This document shows, piece by piece, positions 48,541 through 57,542 of a stretch of DNA of 64,000 nucleotides. Within the stretch, counting starts at the first letter, position 1. Every line of letters starts with the position of its first letter. The stretch lies in the IMG/VR virus record IMGVR_UViG_3300035199_000659, positions 32,006 to 96,005 of that record; one strand, written 5' to 3'. The notes beneath the pieces are model-generated. The model had not been told where the DNA came from, ran no database searches, and was given only the letters and a program-made list of their open reading frames with translations. The DNA is from a virus. Made by a program: the position numbers and the translations under genes.

Positions 48541-49181
48541 TGCCCCTTCTTCCATTCAATCTCACCGGTCTCAAGATTCCGATAGGCTGTAATCTCAGCA
48601 TTCTTAGCTGCGCTAAACACCGAGAGTGCATTGGATGTCAGTGCCGATAGACCCGCCTTATTTGTCAAACCCGGCGAGTGCCACCATATACCATCATACC
48701 CTTGATTAATCAGCCATTGTTTAAATTCTTTAACGCTCTTCGTCATAGCCCCACTAACATCGGTGCCATCTTCGAGTGTTTGTGGAAACCGCCCCATTAG
48801 ATCGTTGATACTCATTTTGGCAAACTTGCCGTTTAATTTAACTGTTAATATATATTTTCCGCCAAGGGATTTAATGTGGTCGGAATTAAGTAGATTTTTC
48901 TTATCATTACCAAACATGGGCCCGAAAAGGCTATCTAGATTATATTTGCCCCCACCAACACCCGATGGATCCCCAGCAGTATGTGAACCAGTGCGACTAT
49001 CATCAAACTTTGTAAAGGGCCCGGGCGAAACATGGCCAACCTCATGATCTGTTACGTTAAAGGAACCCTGTATCATTTTCTTACCAAAATGTTCAATCCA
49101 TTCAGGCGGATGTGGCACTGTATAGGGTCTGGGTGCTTCTTCCTTCAAATACTCTCGCCAATTTTCAAGTAGGAGCTTCAT
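48537..49181 (-). CDS. Leader-tagged ART-PolyVal-like protein
   Basis: GHVS...FTKFD...G..F...QGYDGI...VF pattern. Confidence 0.45.
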   Translation of the reverse strand: MKLLLENWREYLKEEAPRPYTVPHPPEWIEHFGKKMIQGSFNVTDHEVGHVSPGPFTKFDDSRTGSHTAGDPSGVGGGKYNLDSLFGPMFGNDKKNLLNSDHIKSLGGKYILTVKLNGKFAKMSINDLMGRFPQTLEDGTDVSGAMTKSVKEFKQWLINQGYDGIWWHSPGLTNKAGLSALTSNALSVFSAAKNAEITAYRNLETGEIEWKKGQ

Positions 49182-49183
49182 TT

Positions 49184-49876
49184 CTAATTTTCCACGTACT
49201 TTATATTTCCAAATCCAAGGGCCATGGCGTCTGCGATTGTCGCAACATAGGCGTTCATTGGTGTTCCATCTTCATTTTTAAATCCAGACTCAACCTGTTG
49301 TGCATTGGGGACTTTGCTTATTATATCCTTTTCGACAATAAATCTTGGGCCACTTGGAGGTGGGGTGGGGTCTCCGGGGTAAAAGGTCCAAATAACTGGT
49401 TTTTCTGGATCTTTTGCGTGGCCCGTGAACCATTGTGGGCCAATTAAAAGAGTTGTGCTGTCCACTTGGGGGCGCCCACCTTTAAAGACTGACACGGCCT
49501 CATACGCCGTTTCTCCAGTGTCTGATTTAACTTGCCCCATGTGGGCAGGTTGAAATCTCACTTGCTGCTGTTCTGGCAAACTTCCCACAGGGAGCACACC
49601 CAATACACCGCCGAGGTCGTTCGTTACAAATCCCCGGGCAGGTTCTCTTATATAGCCGTTCGGATCTGGGTGCTGTCCCCAGCCGGCATTTTTGAGTGAT
49701 TCAAGTGTTGCCCCAGAGTCAAAGGTGCTTCCTGCTCCGCCGGGGGCGCGCTGGGAGAATGCTTTTCGGAGGTGCCCTTCGGAGGTGTTCTCCCAAGCTT
49801 GTCCAATTATCTCGGAGTCGGAGACCTCTTCTTCCTCGGTCAAATACTTTCGCCAATTTTCAAGTAGGAGTTTCAT
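49184..49876 (-). CDS. Leader-tagged unknown enzyme (weak toxin-RNase resemblance)
   Basis: Leader MKLLLENWRKYLTE; H...GSTF...IWTFYPG. Confidence 0.5.
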   Translation of the reverse strand: MKLLLENWRKYLTEEEEVSDSEIIGQAWENTSEGHLRKAFSQRAPGGAGSTFDSGATLESLKNAGWGQHPDPNGYIREPARGFVTNDLGGVLGVLPVGSLPEQQQVRFQPAHMGQVKSDTGETAYEAVSVFKGGRPQVDSTTLLIGPQWFTGHAKDPEKPVIWTFYPGDPTPPPSGPRFIVEKDIISKVPNAQQVESGFKNEDGTPMNAYVATIADAMALGFGNIKYVEN

Positions 49877-49912
49877 TTTTTAACCTCTATAGTGCCAAAT
49901 TAAATAGTCTAA

Positions 49913-50950
49913 TTAAAATGGCTTAACCTTATTATATTCCAACACAAGCTCGTCGACATAGTTTGCCAGTGTAAATCGCAGTGTCCATGAAGAGCCGTTG
50001 TCTGTTGAGGTGTGTATTTTGCTGTCCTTTCCTCCAACCACAACTGTCGTTCCATCTGATGCTAATCCCATAATTTGGCCAGCGCTGGGGCTGGTAGCCG
50101 GACTCCATGACGCACAATTATCTGTTGATAAGTATGGCTGATTGCCTTTGTTGGCAGTCATCCAAACATCTCCTGTGATGTGGCAAATTGCCCAAAGGCC
50201 TTCTGAAATGCCCGTTACGGCGCTCCAAGTATCTGTTGCGGTGTTGTCGGCAATTGTGGTTGCACGATAAGAGGTGGTGGTATTGCTAGCTAAGAACCAT
50301 ACTCCATTATTGTACTCAAGACCATTAACTTGTCCAACGCTCGTACCAGATACATACCAGTTTAAGCCATCATCCGTCGATTTAAGAACCGAGGAGCCTT
50401 TCCCCCCAGCCAGCCAAGTTCCCGCGCCGTCAGTTGCTAAGCAAAGCATTATGCCGGCGCCGGAAGCAACAGCGGTAATTTCAGTCCAGCTATCTCCGCC
50501 ATCGGTTGATCTAAATACATTATCGTTCTTGGATCCGGCAATCCAAGTTCCGTTGGTTCCATATTCAACTGTTCTGCATTTGTCGGCGGAACCCGGGAAG
50601 TTAATCGAAGTCCAAGAGCCATCACCGGCAGTCGGGTCTGCGGAATATCTAAGTTCGGTGCTTGTATTTGTACTAATAATCCATCGCGGGTTGTCGCTGT
50701 CGTCATGACCAAAAGATATGTCCCAATAGGCCGCTGAAGACCCCGGCGGAGTCTGATAAGAACTCCAGTTAATGGAATCGGAAGAATACACTACATGACC
50801 AGTCCTGCCAGTACCTACCCACAATGGGGTGTGTGACGGGTCGTCCCCCGCGGCCTCTTGTCCATTTATTTTATCAATGGCTGAGTCGGCAACATCTTGA
50901 ACCTTGCTGATATCAGAGAATAGAATTCCACCAACCTTGTTGATTGCCAT
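49913..50950 (-). CDS. BNR/Asp-box beta-propeller, putative receptor-binding protein
   Basis: Repeated S-T-D-x-G-x-x-W (RSTDGGDSW, KSTDDGLNW, LSTDNCASW, TSTDNGSSW). Confidence 0.8.
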   Translation of the reverse strand: MAINKVGGILFSDISKVQDVADSAIDKINGQEAAGDDPSHTPLWVGTGRTGHVVYSSDSINWSSYQTPPGSSAAYWDISFGHDDSDNPRWIISTNTSTELRYSADPTAGDGSWTSINFPGSADKCRTVEYGTNGTWIAGSKNDNVFRSTDGGDSWTEITAVASGAGIMLCLATDGAGTWLAGGKGSSVLKSTDDGLNWYVSGTSVGQVNGLEYNNGVWFLASNTTTSYRATTIADNTATDTWSAVTGISEGLWAICHITGDVWMTANKGNQPYLSTDNCASWSPATSPSAGQIMGLASDGTTVVVGGKDSKIHTSTDNGSSWTLRFTLANYVDELVLEYNKVKPF

Positions 50951-51762
50951 TACGATAACTCTATTGTGGTGGAACTGGGGTTAAAATATATAACATTAGC
51001 AGTATTCGTGCAATAGCCCACACATCGGACTATATCGCCGGTTCCTGATGGTTGTGTTGTGTCCATGTTTGCGGCAGTCGTTGAAAGGTATACCGGCAAG
51101 CCCGATATAAAGTTTGAGAGATAAGTGGTCGCATCAAAGAAACCTCGCAACAACACGCCGTGAGATGAAGGTGAAGAGCCAAGCGCAATTCCAAGCAATC
51201 CATCGCTTGTGGCTATCGCATCTGCATCCGTCTCTGTCCATGCTCCGCTGCTGTTGAGGTAGTAGATTTTGCCGGCAGTCAGGGTGCCAGTTCCGAAGGT
51301 TGCCACTTCGCCACCGCCTGTGTCGTTTGATAGAGCAGTCGGATTATGGTGAACATCTAGTTTTACTTTTGGGTCAGTCGTTGCAATACCAATGTTACCA
51401 TCATTGTCTATATGCATTCTGTCGGCGCTGTTGACATAAAAACGCAAATCTGACGTGCTGCCCGGCATCCAAACATATGCCGACGATTGGCCATCCTGCG
51501 AAAGTTTGAGGGCTGATTCATCTCCAGCTTCGCTTTCTATCTTTACGTGACAAGTACCCGGACTCTTGACGTGTAAGGTATGGTCCGGCGATGTTGTTCC
51601 AATACCGACCTTTCCATCTTCTACGTATAGTTGTGCGCTGCCACTAGGCCTAAGCGTTATAGTATCTTGGCCAAAGTCAATATATGTTGCGGCGCCGGAA
51701 CGGTCATCTTCAAAGTAGATGTCGCCGCGGCGAACGCTGCCTGTTGAAAATTTATAGCTCAT
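50950..51762 (-). CDS. Fibre-like virion protein
   Basis: GKVGIGTTSP and GNIGIATTDP beta repeats. Confidence 0.7.
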   Translation of the reverse strand: MSYKFSTGSVRRGDIYFEDDRSGAATYIDFGQDTITLRPSGSAQLYVEDGKVGIGTTSPDHTLHVKSPGTCHVKIESEAGDESALKLSQDGQSSAYVWMPGSTSDLRFYVNSADRMHIDNDGNIGIATTDPKVKLDVHHNPTALSNDTGGGEVATFGTGTLTAGKIYYLNSSGAWTETDADAIATSDGLLGIALGSSPSSHGVLLRGFFDATTYLSNFISGLPVYLSTTAANMDTTQPSGTGDIVRCVGYCTNTANVIYFNPSSTTIELS

Positions 51763-51861
51763 CTAGGCGCCCCCATATGTAATCCACAGCTCGATTATCT
51801 CTTCGTAAGCCTGTAACTCACTTAAGTCTAATTCATCCAGCGCTTGGTCTAAGAGTTTCAT
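51763..51861 (-). CDS. Micro-ORF (32 aa)
   Basis: MKLLDQALDELDLSELQAYEEIIELWITYGGA exactly fills the gap. Confidence 0.4.
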   Translation of the reverse strand: MKLLDQALDELDLSELQAYEEIIELWITYGGA

Positions 51862-51868
51862 AAGAAGA

Positions 51869-53923
51869 TCACACTGAAGAACTGTGAGACGACAAAGTCA
51901 TCCATACATCGGCGTTTGACGCCAACGTCCATGATTGTCCGATCGACCCCGTGATGGAGATACCCCCATCGATTGTCTGAGAACCACTTGGTTTAATCAC
52001 CAATAATGCGCTATTTGAGTTTTTGATCGTGTAAACAATGCCATCCACAGTTGTCGCATCGGGCAGAGAGGCCGTAAGAATATTTGAGCCATGGCCAATA
52101 TAGACAATACTGTCGGCGTTTGTTAAAGTATAGCTAGCGCTCTTGTTGGTATATTTTCGATAATTTGAGCCATTCTGGCGCAAGGCCCCAGCGATTAACA
52201 GATCGGCGCTAGCTAAAGTCTCCACAGACGCAGTTATAGCATTCGTTCTGCCGTCCATTCGAAGGTACTCGGTACCAGTGGTTCCCGCCGTTGTTACTTC
52301 GAATAGCATATAGCCGGATTCACTAGTGTTAGTGGGAGATCCTATTTTGGTACTTATCTTGCTGTATTGTGTTTCGGCGGATGTGGAATCTTTAGACTTA
52401 AACGTAACACCTCCGCAAAAATCATCAGCCTGACCAGCATTACCAGCGCGAGTGTTAATTAAATCAAGAACTGCGCCGAAGGCGTTGTTACTGGTATTGT
52501 TTGCTTGAATTATCGGAGAAGTTAGGCTTTGCACGATCAATGTGGAGCCATCAAATGTCAATTGGCTCTCAACATCCGCTTGGGCAACACCACCATATGT
52601 CACGAGTCCGTTTGCAGTTGAGCCGTTAAAGGAAAGCCCCGGGACATTAGTGAGTTGACTACCGTCACCATAAAATTTGGAACCTGAGATATTTAATGAA
52701 CTTGAGATATGTGTGCTATCGATAATGGTGGCTTGCGTACGCAACATAGTGCTTTCGACCTGACTAGAACAGGAAACAGCTGTAGCTGCCATGGCCACAG
52801 AAGCTGTCAGGGTGCCCCGACCGCCATCGAGCGTTAAATAAGTAGTGCCAACCCCGCCCGGCTTAGCCTGCAGCAGCAAATCACCCCCGGTCGCATCTTG
52901 GGCTACTATTAAGTTCCCCCCAGACCCGAGCTTAAGATATGATTTAGCAGTGCCGTTGGTTGCAAATCTTAAATAAGCATCTGCGCTGGCGCCAGCATCG
53001 ATTGTTGCTTCTGTCACTCCCGCGCCGTTAACATGCAAGTCATAGACCGGAGACCCGGTACCAATGCCAAAATTTCCATTTCCTTTTACAACAAACGCTG
53101 GATTCGCTATATTGCTTTTAGCTGCGAGAAGAATCCCATCGTCTGAGCCGCTTACATTAAGGGTGCCGGTAAGGTACGCACCCCCAACTGTGACTTTACC
53201 AGAACCAGTAATCGCCAGAAGAGTGTCATAACTTGGTGACTTAAATATTGCGACTAGTTCACTATCAGCTTGCGCTTTCACATACAGCCGTGTGGAGGCG
53301 GTGTCTTCGCCAATAGACAACTTTCCTACAGAGGTGTTCCCAGAGCCAGATATATCTCCCGCCACAACTAAAGTAGAACCATCGAATGTCAACCCAGCCT
53401 CGGCCGAAGCTTGAGCACCCCCATCAGAAGTTATAACTCGATTAGTGCCGGCGTTCGAAAGGGTGGTGATAGACGGAGCGGCGCCATTTCCTGCTGCTGT
53501 GAGTCTCCCCTGTGCGTCTACAGTTAAACTAGAATATGTATAAGAACCTGCGCTAACTGAAGTGTTGTCCAAGGAGACAGTGACTGTGCGCCCGGATTCA
53601 GCGGTTGAAATGGGCGCCGTGCCGGCAATTGTGGCTGTTTGGCCATTAGCAACTGCGCTTGTGCCGGAGTCGCCTCCGATAGTCCAGCTAGACATAGTGC
53701 CACCAGAACCAGTAATTCCCTGAAGCGCCGTCCCATCTCCTGAAAATGCCGATGCTGTCAATGCAACTGTGCTTGTTACTGATGTGTTGGTGACGGTAAG
53801 TCTGGCCGAACCACTCGTTGTCAAGGCAATCGAGTCTGAGCCAAAGTCAATCTGGGTATCCGGATCATCTTCATTTTTGATGTCCCCTAAGCCACGGGGC
53901 CCTTTCGAAGTGTTATATGCCAT
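51869..53923 (-). CDS. Long fibre-like virion protein
   Basis: G/S/T/A-rich; LTVDAQGRLT, GNFGIGTGSP; internal repeat LTFDGSTL twice. Confidence 0.75.
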   Translation of the reverse strand: MAYNTSKGPRGLGDIKNEDDPDTQIDFGSDSIALTTSGSARLTVTNTSVTSTVALTASAFSGDGTALQGITGSGGTMSSWTIGGDSGTSAVANGQTATIAGTAPISTAESGRTVTVSLDNTSVSAGSYTYSSLTVDAQGRLTAAGNGAAPSITTLSNAGTNRVITSDGGAQASAEAGLTFDGSTLVVAGDISGSGNTSVGKLSIGEDTASTRLYVKAQADSELVAIFKSPSYDTLLAITGSGKVTVGGAYLTGTLNVSGSDDGILLAAKSNIANPAFVVKGNGNFGIGTGSPVYDLHVNGAGVTEATIDAGASADAYLRFATNGTAKSYLKLGSGGNLIVAQDATGGDLLLQAKPGGVGTTYLTLDGGRGTLTASVAMAATAVSCSSQVESTMLRTQATIIDSTHISSSLNISGSKFYGDGSQLTNVPGLSFNGSTANGLVTYGGVAQADVESQLTFDGSTLIVQSLTSPIIQANNTSNNAFGAVLDLINTRAGNAGQADDFCGGVTFKSKDSTSAETQYSKISTKIGSPTNTSESGYMLFEVTTAGTTGTEYLRMDGRTNAITASVETLASADLLIAGALRQNGSNYRKYTNKSASYTLTNADSIVYIGHGSNILTASLPDATTVDGIVYTIKNSNSALLVIKPSGSQTIDGGISITGSIGQSWTLASNADVWMTLSSHSSSV

Positions 53924-54088
53924 TTAATATTCCTCTGCGCGCCCTTCCAACAATAATTGCTGGTTAATGTTGCATGCGCCTATAAATAGTGTGCCCAAAC
54001 ATCTTCCGTACTTGTCAACACCATGAGACTCAATAATTAGCTCCCCTATGCGTTCCCCGGCCGCATTGCCTTGTACTTTCTCGCCCAT
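53924..54088 (-). pseudogene. Truncated thermonuclease (SNase-like), C-terminal half only
   Basis: DKYGRCLG...NINQQLLLEGRA present; N-terminal DGDT and R...PE catalytic motifs absent. Confidence 0.65.
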
Positions 54089-54089
54089 C

Positions 54090-57032
54090 TTATTCTCCTT
54101 TGCCAAAAACATATATAATTGGAAGCGCGATGTCCGTTCCACACTTCTGGGCCGCTATAAATCGGTTTGCGCCACTAACAACTTGATTAGATATCTCTCC
54201 CTTAGTAACGACCACAGGCTTTTTGATTCCCTCAGTACAAAGCTTTTTCCACACATCTTCTTGAATGTCGGCACCGCGGGTGGCTTCAACTTGTAATACG
54301 TACTTCTCAATTTCGCTTTTATGGCTTTTGACGCTAATGGTATCTTCTTCAGTCGCCACATCGTTTCGGTTAATGTCGTTGTCTTGAAGCCATTTGTTTA
54401 AATCATCATCTGCGGACTCCTGTGTGCCCGCAGCGGCCTCCTCTTGCTCAGTAAGGCGCCCCAGCAGTTTATCGACCCTCAGTATATCAAATTCTTCGCG
54501 AAGATCTCCCACTGCTGTGCCTGACATGCCAACTTTCTTCCGGAGTATATCACGAAAAACCTCGCTAACCACTTTGTCAATGTCGCCTTGATCGTCCCAA
54601 ATGTTCACTAATTCTTTGAGAACATTAACCTGCTCGTCAGGGTCCTCCCCGTGTATTGAGAAATACAAATTAAGTTCTTGGCTCTCGCCTTCTGTTCCGT
54701 GTATGCCAAATAAATCCATGTCTAGGGGCATTTGCGGATACATAGCTCCGCCAGTGGCTGCAAATGCCGGCACTGCCATCCGCCGGCGAATTTCAAGCCA
54801 GAAAATGCGATCATTCATAATCTGCATAGCTTGTTCTTCAGATGCTCCTAAATCCTTGTACCAGACCTCTGGGTGGGCAGTAAATTGCACAAACTCGATC
54901 TCGTCAGGCTCATAACCTTCTTCAACTTCAGCTTCCCAGTGGTAAAGGTCCATTTCGTCATTCATCACCTCGCGACCTAATGCCATGGCAGCCCCGCCGG
55001 CCATGTAGCCTTCTCGCTTGAAAAAAGTAGTCAACATTTGTTCAACGGCGTTGTATTTGTCATCTACTTCTACGTTAACTACGTCACAAAACTGTTCATA
55101 GCTATCCGGGTCGTACGCATATTCTTGCCCGTCAAATCCTACTAGTTTTTCTGGTATGACTGTAATCGGAAGCTTCCATCTACCATCGTTCATTTTCTGA
55201 AACACATATGGGTATTTGTCATCGGCCCAGTTCATCCCCCATGGTTCTAATTCTTGCAAACCGTGGCTAATCACATCAACACCGGGCATTTTCACAAAAT
55301 CCTCGCCGTCCCACCACATAAGAAGCGTAGCTTGACATGTGATATAGACACCACCGCCACCATCATCAACTGCGGTACCTTCGACAAAGGTGGATCTATA
55401 ATCGCGATTATAGTCTTCTGTTATCGTGTCACACTCAGTTTGATATCGCTGAATAAGACCGCCAAGCAGAAGTTCACTATCTAGCTCGTCTTCAGTTTCG
55501 CTGTCCTGTCGCACATATCCTTCAGTTCCGGAAATCAAATCACCAAACAAATCTTGTAACTGCATACTCATCGGGGTATCGTTTTGTGTACCTCCAAACT
55601 GAACAAGTTTCTCTAAGTTAAGCACACTGCTCCAGCCGTCGCGACCCGCTCTGGGTGCGTTCTCCATTTCCCTTTGCTGCACTTCTCGCAGCCATTTGAT
55701 TAGGCGCTCTTGAATGCCCGGGATTTGAGTCCCGTATACACGCCTCTCCACCGAAGCTAACTGGGTTGCCGACGGATCGCCCGCGCTGGTCGCGATCACG
55801 GCCGTGGCCACGTCGTCGAAATATTCAAGTTTGCGAATTCTTAAACGAGAGATAGGCAGTAAGTCGATTTCACTAGCCCTCCGTCGGCTGTTATCGTAAA
55901 AGATCTCGCCCATACTATTGATAGTGCGCTCAGCTTCTTCTAAATCAGCAGAAGCGGTATCTCCTAATAGTTCAGACGTTTCAACTACATATGCAAGGGC
56001 GCCATGTCCATGTGCTTCTGCTACCGCACACTTATAATACTCGCCCCCGCCACCTCTCGATGGAGGAGAATGACAAGATGTGATATTTTCAAAATCGGAC
56101 ATACGCCAAACATCAATAGGATCGCGAGTAACAATAATAGAATATCGATCACTGGTGAGCCCGGCGATATTCTCCTTAAGGTATTTGGCATTGTTTAGCC
56201 AATAAACCCCCCAGTCAACAAATTTAGTCTCCGGAGTAATAATCGGCTGCCGATTTCTAGGCTTTTTACCGTGTTCTATATCAGCTTGATCTTGTTCCTC
56301 TCGGCGCTCCTCTTCACTCTTTTTCCATAAAGCCTGTTCGAAGTCATTCATAATCCAATCAGAAAATTGGGTCAGAAGACTCATCCCGGTAAGGAACTCG
56401 AGCTGGTTTAGAATTTGCGCGTACCTCTCATGCTCCTTTTCTGAAAGATTCTCTAGCGTCTCTCCTACGGTGACCCGAGCCTTCCACAAGGGAATGTTCC
56501 CCAAGTTTCGGCCTTTGTGCACTTTCTCAGCGACTTTCTCCTTCATTTCTTTGAGTTGAATTATAAGGTCATCTACTTTGGCTAGATACCGGCCGATTTT
56601 CATATGAAGTTTTTTCTTCTTGGGTGGGCTCCCTCGGCCGCCCATGAGCCGGTCGACCAAGTCCTTCTGCGTGTTCTTGTGGTCAACCCACTCTCTTTCG
56701 ACCGAGACCATGCCTTTGTCCCAATCAACATCTAAGCCAAACTTGTGTTGAAGCAAATTAACAAATTGGCCGAGTTCAGATGTGTAATCAAAAGAGGGAA
56801 AATCAAGAACAAGACGTGATTTATCCCCAAAAATCTTTTGAAAAGCCAAATCATCATATGTTAGCTCGTCTATTGCGGCCGCAATGTGTTCAAACTCATC
56901 TTCGGTTACCTCTCGAAGAAGTTTTTGTTTGTTTTCGAGTTTTATTCGAATTCTTGTCTCCTTGAAGGGGACATTTTCTGTCTGAGAACTTTCTTTTAAG
57001 AAATTTCGCCAAGAATTATTCATATTTTCCAT
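54090..57032 (-). CDS. Large leader-tagged protein with C-terminal ParB/Srx-like domain
   Basis: MNNSWRNFLKE leader; C-terminal KPVVV...VVSGANRFIAA. Confidence 0.55.
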   Translation of the reverse strand: MENMNNSWRNFLKESSQTENVPFKETRIRIKLENKQKLLREVTEDEFEHIAAAIDELTYDDLAFQKIFGDKSRLVLDFPSFDYTSELGQFVNLLQHKFGLDVDWDKGMVSVEREWVDHKNTQKDLVDRLMGGRGSPPKKKKLHMKIGRYLAKVDDLIIQLKEMKEKVAEKVHKGRNLGNIPLWKARVTVGETLENLSEKEHERYAQILNQLEFLTGMSLLTQFSDWIMNDFEQALWKKSEEERREEQDQADIEHGKKPRNRQPIITPETKFVDWGVYWLNNAKYLKENIAGLTSDRYSIIVTRDPIDVWRMSDFENITSCHSPPSRGGGGEYYKCAVAEAHGHGALAYVVETSELLGDTASADLEEAERTINSMGEIFYDNSRRRASEIDLLPISRLRIRKLEYFDDVATAVIATSAGDPSATQLASVERRVYGTQIPGIQERLIKWLREVQQREMENAPRAGRDGWSSVLNLEKLVQFGGTQNDTPMSMQLQDLFGDLISGTEGYVRQDSETEDELDSELLLGGLIQRYQTECDTITEDYNRDYRSTFVEGTAVDDGGGGVYITCQATLLMWWDGEDFVKMPGVDVISHGLQELEPWGMNWADDKYPYVFQKMNDGRWKLPITVIPEKLVGFDGQEYAYDPDSYEQFCDVVNVEVDDKYNAVEQMLTTFFKREGYMAGGAAMALGREVMNDEMDLYHWEAEVEEGYEPDEIEFVQFTAHPEVWYKDLGASEEQAMQIMNDRIFWLEIRRRMAVPAFAATGGAMYPQMPLDMDLFGIHGTEGESQELNLYFSIHGEDPDEQVNVLKELVNIWDDQGDIDKVVSEVFRDILRKKVGMSGTAVGDLREEFDILRVDKLLGRLTEQEEAAAGTQESADDDLNKWLQDNDINRNDVATEEDTISVKSHKSEIEKYVLQVEATRGADIQEDVWKKLCTEGIKKPVVVTKGEISNQVVSGANRFIAAQKCGTDIALPIIYVFGKGE

Positions 57033-57073
57033 AGTTTATCCACCCACAAGTGTATTCCAATCGCAAAAAGCAC

Positions 57074-57538
57074 CTAACTAAGTTTTTCCATTGCTCTGTC
57101 CAATAAATAGGCTGGAAATGTTCTTAGTTCTAGAGATTTATCGTCTTTTACATCTTCTATGGACACCCACTTTGAGTCATTGTGCTCAATAACCCCTGTT
57201 TTTGGATTTTCTTGAAACTTTATTGTACCAGACCATTTTGTGGTTGTATAAAAATATTTATCTGCGTCTCCCGTGGTTACTTTGTCAACATAAATGAGGT
57301 CCTTTTTAGACGACGTGAGGCCTGTTTCCTCTTCCAACTCACGAAGGGCTGCAGCTTCAATTGATTTGTCGTCGTCATCTACATGTCCCCCGGGGAGATC
57401 CCAATGCCCCTGTTTAGTATCTTCGTCTTTGGAGCGTTTAATCACCAAAACTTTATCCCCTTCATTGACACAAATGATACAAGCTATAGTTTTCCGCTTT
57501 TTCTTGACTTCATTTAAAAAGTTATGCCATTTTTTCAT
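57074..57538 (-). CDS. Nudix hydrolase with leader-like start
   Basis: WDLPGGHVD...AALRELEEETGL; start MKKWHNFLNE. Confidence 0.9.
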   Translation of the reverse strand: MKKWHNFLNEVKKKRKTIACIICVNEGDKVLVIKRSKDEDTKQGHWDLPGGHVDDDDKSIEAAALRELEEETGLTSSKKDLIYVDKVTTGDADKYFYTTTKWSGTIKFQENPKTGVIEHNDSKWVSIEDVKDDKSLELRTFPAYLLDRAMEKLS

Positions 57539-57542
57539 TATA

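Larger units (their letters stand above)
47958..49876 (-). repeat. Four near-identical ~35-nt gene-start repeats ATGAAACTCCTACTTGAAAATTGGCGA(GAG)TAT
   Basis: Copies begin at 47992, 48540, 49181 and 49876; a diverged fifth at 41104. Confidence 0.95.

Noticed and set aside
47958-49876. 35-nt repeats read as a CRISPR array
   Set aside because: Spacing is 550-700 nt of coding sequence, the repeats are in-frame gene starts, and there is no cas operon
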